Part shown: one piece after another, positions 26,743-32,454 of the stretch
Layout: the number at the start of each line of letters is the position of its first letter
How positions within the stretch are numbered: position 1 is the stretch's first letter
NCBI GenBank assembly: GCA_018260615.1
Contig: JAGWDQ010000099.1
Coordinates: 2,047-34,500, forward strand
Direction: 5' to 3'
DNA length: 32,454 nucleotides
Source: Candidatus Altarchaeum sp.
GTDB lineage: Archaea; Altiarchaeota; Altiarchaeia; Altiarchaeales; Altiarchaeaceae
Notes under the pieces: generated by a model
What the model was told of the DNA's origin: nothing
The model's database searches: none
Seen by the model: only the letters and a program-made list of their open reading frames with translations
Translations under genes and position numbers: made by a program

Positions 26743-28206
26743 ATGGTAACTTTTGATAGTGTCTTATTCCCGGACAAAGGAAGAAACAGAAAATTATATC
26801 TATCGTTTCTGCATACAGAGAGTGAAGTTATTAAGGCATTTGAAGATGTGTTTCCTTATAAAGAATCGTCTGTAATGAATGAAATAAAAAGAAGAATCTC
26901 ACCTTCTTTTTTTGAAAATATTAGGACATTTATTCTTGAATATCCTTACACGGAAAAAGAATGGAGGGAAATATATAATCTTCATTATGGCAAAACCATG
27001 TATGAAAACACATCACCGTTTGTGTTTAGACTTCATCTGTTAACCGGAAAAATAAACACATTAGATGATATATCTCAAGATTCATATTTGGGGTATGTAA
27101 CAATAAGACCGCTACCTATAAATTTTATTTCAAAGATAGTTTTGAAACCAAAAAAAGAACTTTATAATGTTGGTCCAGACGAACAAATATATATGATTCT
27201 GATAGACCAGAAAATACATCTAGGACACAAAGAAATAGAAATTAGTACATTTCCGTTCTTTGCTCAGGATTCCATGGTTACTGTTTGTGCACATGCAGAT
27301 ATATTAATGATTGCAAATATAATGCACAAAAAGTATGGGTGGGAAGAAATAACCGTTGAAAAACTTGTTTTGGGGTTGCCGCCCATATATCCTTCTGGAA
27401 GGGGGTTGCCATCATATGACGGATTAACTCCTGATCAAATAGGATCTTTTCTACAGACAAAGCAATGGTACAGCAGGATTAAAGGTTTTAGGAAAACTGA
27501 CAATGCCAAAGAGGCAGAAAATACAGTTTTAGAAATTTTAAAATATATTGATTCCAGAATAGAAAGTGCGATACCATGTATTTTAAGTTTTCAGCATCAT
27601 GTGTCAATTATTTGTGGACATACAATGAAAGACGATGTAAAGAACGGATATATTGTTTTTGACGACTCCGGATACCATATAAACGAATATCTTAAAAAGA
27701 CAGAGGACGATAAAAATAAAAATCTATGGTTCGCCACCAAAATATCTCTTGAAAGATTGAAAGAAAGATTGAAAGAAAAAATCATGGGGGAAAGCATACT
27801 TCTTTTATATCCTGAATTTGAAAGGGAATATTTCCCACTTTCAAGTGTGTTGAGATGCGTTCTACAAATTCAAGAACATATATCACGGACATATAAAATT
27901 CAAAAAGAAGAAATAGATCATAGGATACTTATAATAGACAGTAAAAAATTGAAAAAGGAGTTGTGGAATAAAGGTATTCACGAGTTTGATGAATTGTCCA
28001 TTCCTCATTATGTTTGGTATATAGAGTTTAGTAAGAAAGGCAACCCTTATGAATTGTTAGGATGCATATTAATTGATGCGTCTGCTCATAAAAATGATAG
28101 TAAATATTCCTATATATCGTACGAAAAAAACGGGAGCAGGTTACTATTTTTTAAGCAGAATATTCCCAAACCAAATAATATAATTTCCGTGTTATCTCCT
28201 TGTTAA
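26743..28206 (+). CDS. Papain-like (C39-like) cysteine protease domain protein
   Basis: FFAQDSMVTVCAHA (Q...C), GLT.DQ, ES.IPCIL...HVSIICGH (His), VFDD (Asp); N-terminal LEYPY and YLGYVTIRP blocks. Confidence 0.6.
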   Translation: MVTFDSVLFPDKGRNRKLYLSFLHTESEVIKAFEDVFPYKESSVMNEIKRRISPSFFENIRTFILEYPYTEKEWREIYNLHYGKTMYENTSPFVFRLHLLTGKINTLDDISQDSYLGYVTIRPLPINFISKIVLKPKKELYNVGPDEQIYMILIDQKIHLGHKEIEISTFPFFAQDSMVTVCAHADILMIANIMHKKYGWEEITVEKLVLGLPPIYPSGRGLPSYDGLTPDQIGSFLQTKQWYSRIKGFRKTDNAKEAENTVLEILKYIDSRIESAIPCILSFQHHVSIICGHTMKDDVKNGYIVFDDSGYHINEYLKKTEDDKNKNLWFATKISLERLKERLKEKIMGESILLLYPEFEREYFPLSSVLRCVLQIQEHISRTYKIQKEEIDHRILIIDSKKLKKELWNKGIHEFDELSIPHYVWYIEFSKKGNPYELLGCILIDASAHKNDSKYSYISYEKNGSRLLFFKQNIPKPNNIISVLSPC

Positions 28207-28348
28207 AATATCTTCAAGAGGATAAAAAAGTTACCTGTTTTTTCACAAGTATTTTCATATAATTTATACTTTTCTCATTTGGTGACACTTATAGGGCTTT
28301 AAATTTAAAATAGAAGTATAAAAACTTAATAATTGTTAAATTCATAAC

Positions 28349-30511
28349 ATGGAAAAATTTCTCATTTATGCAGATATTTTGGGATTTGAAGAATTAGCAA
28401 AGGAAATTGAAATTAATGAAAATATACCGTCACTTAAAGTAAGAGACGAAATTTTAAAAGAACCGGTAAAGACAGAACTTGAGAGATTAAAAAAAGAAGG
28501 TAAAATTTATGGATATGAAAAAGGCAGCGATAATTGGATTTTGGTTTTGAAAGAATTTGATTTTATATTTGAAGTTGTTTCAAGAGTTTTGAAAATTGAA
28601 ATGCCTGTTGGAAAACATGCAGCTAAATTAACAAAAGATTATGAAAACATTCCTCTTGAAATTGCAATAGGTTGCTACGGGTTTGATAAGTGGGCTGAGT
28701 TAGAAGGAGATAAAATCTCGTGCAATGACAAAGTTATAAAATTTCTTAAAACATATATTATTCCGATATATTCCAACACTTATAAAAAAGAAAATTCATT
28801 TGAAATAGGGAAATGGGACTTCTCAAAAGAACATTTGAAAAAGGAGTTCTTAAATAAAGGAATTTCATTGACGGAATGTTTAATTGAAGAAGAAATTAAA
28901 GATGAGAGGTGGAAGGTGATTGATAAGCTGAATAAATACATAATTGAAAAAGATAGAAGTTCCTTTAAGGTCTATAAGATACTAACAGAATCTTTTGTTA
29001 TATGCACAAATCATTTTTTTGAAGAATTAAAAAACAATAGTAATGAAAAATATTTTGTTGAGAATGAGTTTACATACACTAATAAAAAAACAAAGAAGGA
29101 TGAAAAGTATTACTTACTCAAGAAAGAAAATGTTATTAAAGAAGGAAAAATTCCAGATTTTCTTAATAAAATCGGGCAGCAATCAAAAAGCGATTTTTCA
29201 GGAGCATTAATTGATAGAATATTTGTTCCCCCCGATGAATATGATGAAATAAAGAAATCCTTAAAGGATAAAGGAATTGTTTTTATAACCGGAACTGCAG
29301 GATACGGAAAAACATATCTGGCAATAAGATTGCTCTGGGAAAAATATGATGATGAGGGGTATATTCCAGGATGGATTTCCGGAAAGGAGAAAGATGAAAG
29401 AAAAGATGTCAGAAAAAGGTTGACAGATATTGAGGCGGAATTAAAGCCAAAGCATATAATCTATTTTGAAGATCCTTTTGGAAAGGTTGAATACGAAAAA
29501 AGAGATGATTTAGAGGAGAACATAAGAGGAATTATTGACAGTGTAAAAAATAAAAGGGATTGTTTTGCAATAATAACATCAAGAAAGGATGTTTTTGAAA
29601 AATTTAAAAAGGAAAGTTTTTCGGCTGCTAAAGAGATAGAGGCGATTGAAAAAGAATTAAACATAATAAAACCATCTTATAGTGATGAAAAAAGAAAGAA
29701 AATTCTTGAAAAATGGGCGGAAGAGAAAGGATGCAAATGGTTATCAAACGAAAAATTAAAGGAAATTATTTTTAATTCAATTAATGATGAAAGCAAATTG
29801 CCATCACCTTTGGCAATTTATAATTTTGTTGTGGCAACAAAAAATGAAACAAATAAAAATACAATAAGGCAAAAAATAGATGAGTATTCCAAAGAACTTC
29901 CGGAAGTATTTGCAAAAGAAATTATAGAATTATCCAAATCTGGGAGGAAAGACAGGATGCGGTTTTTGTCTTTTATTTTTGTTTCTGAAAATTTTGAAAA
30001 GAAATTTGTTAAGCAGGAATATGAAAAATTAAAAGAAGAAAATTTTGAGGATTTTGAAAAAATTTTGAAAGAAGAATACAGAGTTAAAGAAGAAGAATTG
30101 TTTAAGAAAAGAGTATTGAATTTTTCTCATCCGTCATATTCTCAAGCAATTCCCTATGTTCTTGAAGATGTAGTATGTAGAAAGATATTTTGTAATGTTT
30201 TAAAAGAATTGGCAGAAAAGGACTCTGCTGCCGGAGATGTTGCACGGGCAGTTGCTGAAAATTTTGAAAAACTTCCTGATGATGTGAGAAACCTGCTTTT
30301 TGAATTGGCAAAAAAGGACTCTGCTGCTTGGGATGTTGCATGGGCGGTTGCAAATAATTTTGAAAAACTTCCTGATGATGTGAGAAATTTGCTTTTTACG
30401 GATAAAGTTCAGAAAGGGCTTAAAGAAATTATTGAAAAATTTTCAAATAGTGGATTTAAATGGAATAAAGAAAAGGCCGAAAAATTTAAAAAATTTCTAA
30501 AAAATGAATAA
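28349..30511 (+). CDS. Cyclase-like domain + nSTAND3-like P-loop NTPase + helical repeats
   Basis: YADILGF...GSDN...LEIAIG; Walker A GTAGYGKT; Walker B IYFEDPFG; IITSR; C-terminal 32-aa repeats. Confidence 0.75.
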   Translation: MEKFLIYADILGFEELAKEIEINENIPSLKVRDEILKEPVKTELERLKKEGKIYGYEKGSDNWILVLKEFDFIFEVVSRVLKIEMPVGKHAAKLTKDYENIPLEIAIGCYGFDKWAELEGDKISCNDKVIKFLKTYIIPIYSNTYKKENSFEIGKWDFSKEHLKKEFLNKGISLTECLIEEEIKDERWKVIDKLNKYIIEKDRSSFKVYKILTESFVICTNHFFEELKNNSNEKYFVENEFTYTNKKTKKDEKYYLLKKENVIKEGKIPDFLNKIGQQSKSDFSGALIDRIFVPPDEYDEIKKSLKDKGIVFITGTAGYGKTYLAIRLLWEKYDDEGYIPGWISGKEKDERKDVRKRLTDIEAELKPKHIIYFEDPFGKVEYEKRDDLEENIRGIIDSVKNKRDCFAIITSRKDVFEKFKKESFSAAKEIEAIEKELNIIKPSYSDEKRKKILEKWAEEKGCKWLSNEKLKEIIFNSINDESKLPSPLAIYNFVVATKNETNKNTIRQKIDEYSKELPEVFAKEIIELSKSGRKDRMRFLSFIFVSENFEKKFVKQEYEKLKEENFEDFEKILKEEYRVKEEELFKKRVLNFSHPSYSQAIPYVLEDVVCRKIFCNVLKELAEKDSAAGDVARAVAENFEKLPDDVRNLLFELAKKDSAAWDVAWAVANNFEKLPDDVRNLLFTDKVQKGLKEIIEKFSNSGFKWNKEKAEKFKKFLKNE

Positions 30512-30541
30512 AATTATTAACAAAAATTATAACAAAATATT

Positions 30542-32454
30542 ATGAAAAAATTTCTCATTTATGTGGATATTTTGGGATTTAAAAATTTACCAGAGGAAAT
30601 TGCAAAAAATACTAAATTTTATGAAGATACAATAACGGAAAACTTTTTCACAAAACCCTTTAGGAAAAGAATAGATGAAATTACCAAAGAAGAAAACATA
30701 AAACTAACAAATGGGAAAAGTGAAATTGAGGGATCTAAAGGTTCTGATAATTATGTTTTGTTTGTTAATGATATTGACAGAGTTTTTGAAATTTTACACA
30801 AAATCTCAACAATAAAAATACCCCATGAGGACTACGGATATATTCAGATGGAAATTGCTGTAGGTGTAAAAGAGATTGATGAGAGCGAGGATATTGAAGA
30901 TTGGATAAACCGCAAAAAGACAAAACAGTTTCTTCACGAGGATATAATAAATCCATACAAAAAATACAAAAAAGAGAAAGATGGAAAATCAACAGAAGAA
31001 ACATTTATTGTCATCACTAATGACTTTTATAATGAACTTGAAAATTTTAATAAAAAGAAATTTTGCGAAGAGATAAATTATAAAGAAAAGCATTTTTATT
31101 ATGTAAAGAAAGAATTAATTGAAAGAGAAGAAAAGATTTCGGATTTTCTTAAAGAAATTAGGCAATCAAGAAGTGATTTTTCTGGTGCATTAATTGATAG
31201 AATATTTGTCAAACCGGATGAATATGATGAAATAAAGAAATCCTTAAAAAATAACAGGATTGTTTTTATAACAGGAACGGCAGGATACGGAAAAACATAT
31301 CTCGCAATAAAATTGCTCTGGGAAAAATATGATGATGAAGGATATATTCCAAGATGGATTTCTATTGGCAGTGGAAGTGAAAAAGAAATAACCGAAGTAG
31401 CGAAAGAACTTATAGATATTGAGAAACATTTAAAGCCAAAGCACATAATTTATTTTGAAGATCCTTTTGGAAAAACAAAAACAGTATATGAAAGAAGAGA
31501 TGTTTTAAGAGAAAGGATAAAGGCCATAATAAATTCTGTAAAGAACACAAAGGATTGTTATGTTATTATAACTTCAAGAAAGGATGTTTTTGAAAAATTT
31601 AAGGAAGAAAGTTATTCTATTGAAGAAATTGAAAAATTTGAAAAAGAGTTAAACATTATGGCGCCGTCTTATAGTTATGATAAAAGAAAGGAAATTCTTG
31701 AAAAATGGGCGGAAGAGAAAGGATGTAAATGGTTGAAGGATGAAAAATTAAGAAACATCGTCTTTGATTTTATTGGAGATAAAGGAAAATTACCGGTGCC
31801 CCATAATATTCATGATTTTGTTGAAGCCACAATAGAAATAAATGATGAAACAGAATTAAGGAAAAAGATAAAAGTATATTCTCAAGAAGGTGAAAAAGCA
31901 TTTGCAGATGAAATTACAGGACTATATAAATCTGATAGGAAAGACAGGATGCTGTTTTTGTCTTTTATCCTTGTTTCTGAAAATTTTGAAAAGGAATTTA
32001 TCAAGCAGGAGTATGAAAATCTGAAAGAAGAAAATTTTGAGGATTTTGAAAAGATTTTAAAAGAAGAATACAGAGTTATACCTACTATTTGGGGAGTTGG
32101 TGAGAAAGAAATATTGAAATTTGCTCATCCGTCATATTCTCAAGCAATTCCCTATGTTCTTGAAGATGTAGTATGTAGAAAGATATTTTGTAATGTTTTA
32201 AAAGAATTGGCAGAAAAGGACTCTGCTGCCGGATATGTTGCATGGACGATTGCTAATAATTTTGAAAAACTTCCCGAAGATGTGAGAAACCTGCTTTTTA
32301 AATTGGCAGAAAAGGACTCTGCTGTCAGAGGTGTTGCACAGGCGATTGCTGAAAATTTTGAAAAACTTCCTGATGATGTGAGAAACAAACTGCTTTTTGA
32401 ATTGGCAGAAAAGGACTCTGCTGCCGAAGATGTTGCATGGGCGATTGCTGAAAA
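30542..32454 (+). CDS. Second cyclase-like/STAND/repeat paralog, runs off the window end (absent from the ORF track)
   Basis: Manual translation MKKFLIYVDILGF...KGSDNY...MEIAVG...GTAGYGKT...YFEDPFG; I found no stop to the window end. Confidence 0.8.
   Translation, partial: MKKFLIYVDILGFKNLPEEIAKNTKFYEDTITENFFTKPFRKRIDEITKEENIKLTNGKSEIEGSKGSDNYVLFVNDIDRVFEILHKISTIKIPHEDYGYIQMEIAVGVKEIDESEDIEDWINRKKTKQFLHEDIINPYKKYKKEKDGKSTEETFIVITNDFYNELENFNKKKFCEEINYKEKHFYYVKKELIEREEKISDFLKEIRQSRSDFSGALIDRIFVKPDEYDEIKKSLKNNRIVFITGTAGYGKTYLAIKLLWEKYDDEGYIPRWISIGSGSEKEITEVAKELIDIEKHLKPKHIIYFEDPFGKTKTVYERRDVLRERIKAIINSVKNTKDCYVIITSRKDVFEKFKEESYSIEEIEKFEKELNIMAPSYSYDKRKEILEKWAEEKGCKWLKDEKLRNIVFDFIGDKGKLPVPHNIHDFVEATIEINDETELRKKIKVYSQEGEKAFADEITGLYKSDRKDRMLFLSFILVSENFEKEFIKQEYENLKEENFEDFEKILKEEYRVIPTIWGVGEKEILKFAHPSYSQAIPYVLEDVVCRKIFCNVLKELAEKDSAAGYVAWTIANNFEKLPEDVRNLLFKLAEKDSAVRGVAQAIAENFEKLPDDVRNKLLFELAEKDSAAEDVAWAIAE
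32219..32454 (+). repeat. 96-99 bp coding repeats (32-33 aa)
   Basis: GACTCTGCTG at 32219, 32315 and 32414; the same unit occurs at 30221 and 30317. Confidence 0.9.

Overview
AT-rich archaeal chromosomal segment. RNase P Rpp30, an N-terminally short SepRS, HdrABC/MvhD and a DHH/DHHA1 protein point to an archaeon; Ca. Altiarchaeum-like is my inference and was not verified. The housekeeping backbone is lemA-htpX, two Yip1 paralogs, sepS, a TrxR-fold oxidoreductase, hdrA-mvhD/hdrC/hdrB/metV/thyX/metF, rnp3 and serB. Selfish modules interrupt it: a type II R-M pair and a nucleotidyltransferase pair (each bracketed by a duplicated end of a host gene), HicAB, a RelE-type TA, an AlbA/Schlafen protein, a Bro-N gene, an attC-like cassette and two MITEs with target-site duplications. 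Two things stand out. (1) At the right end is a candidate undescribed defence/signalling locus: truncated TIR-like ORF, small acidic peptide, papain/C39-like cysteine protease, then two tandem NLR-like proteins (class III nucleotide-cyclase-like domain, nSTAND3-like P-loop NTPase, 32-aa helical repeats with hypervariable positions). (2) A family of ~20-30 bp hairpin micro-modules, each bounded by AT, forms intergenic arrays, rides in a MITE, and has inserted into genes, in frame in hdrA (126 bp) and frameshifting a Bro-N gene (44 bp). No rRNA, tRNA or CRISPR array was recognised. All protein-family calls come from motif recognition by eye; no database searches were run.
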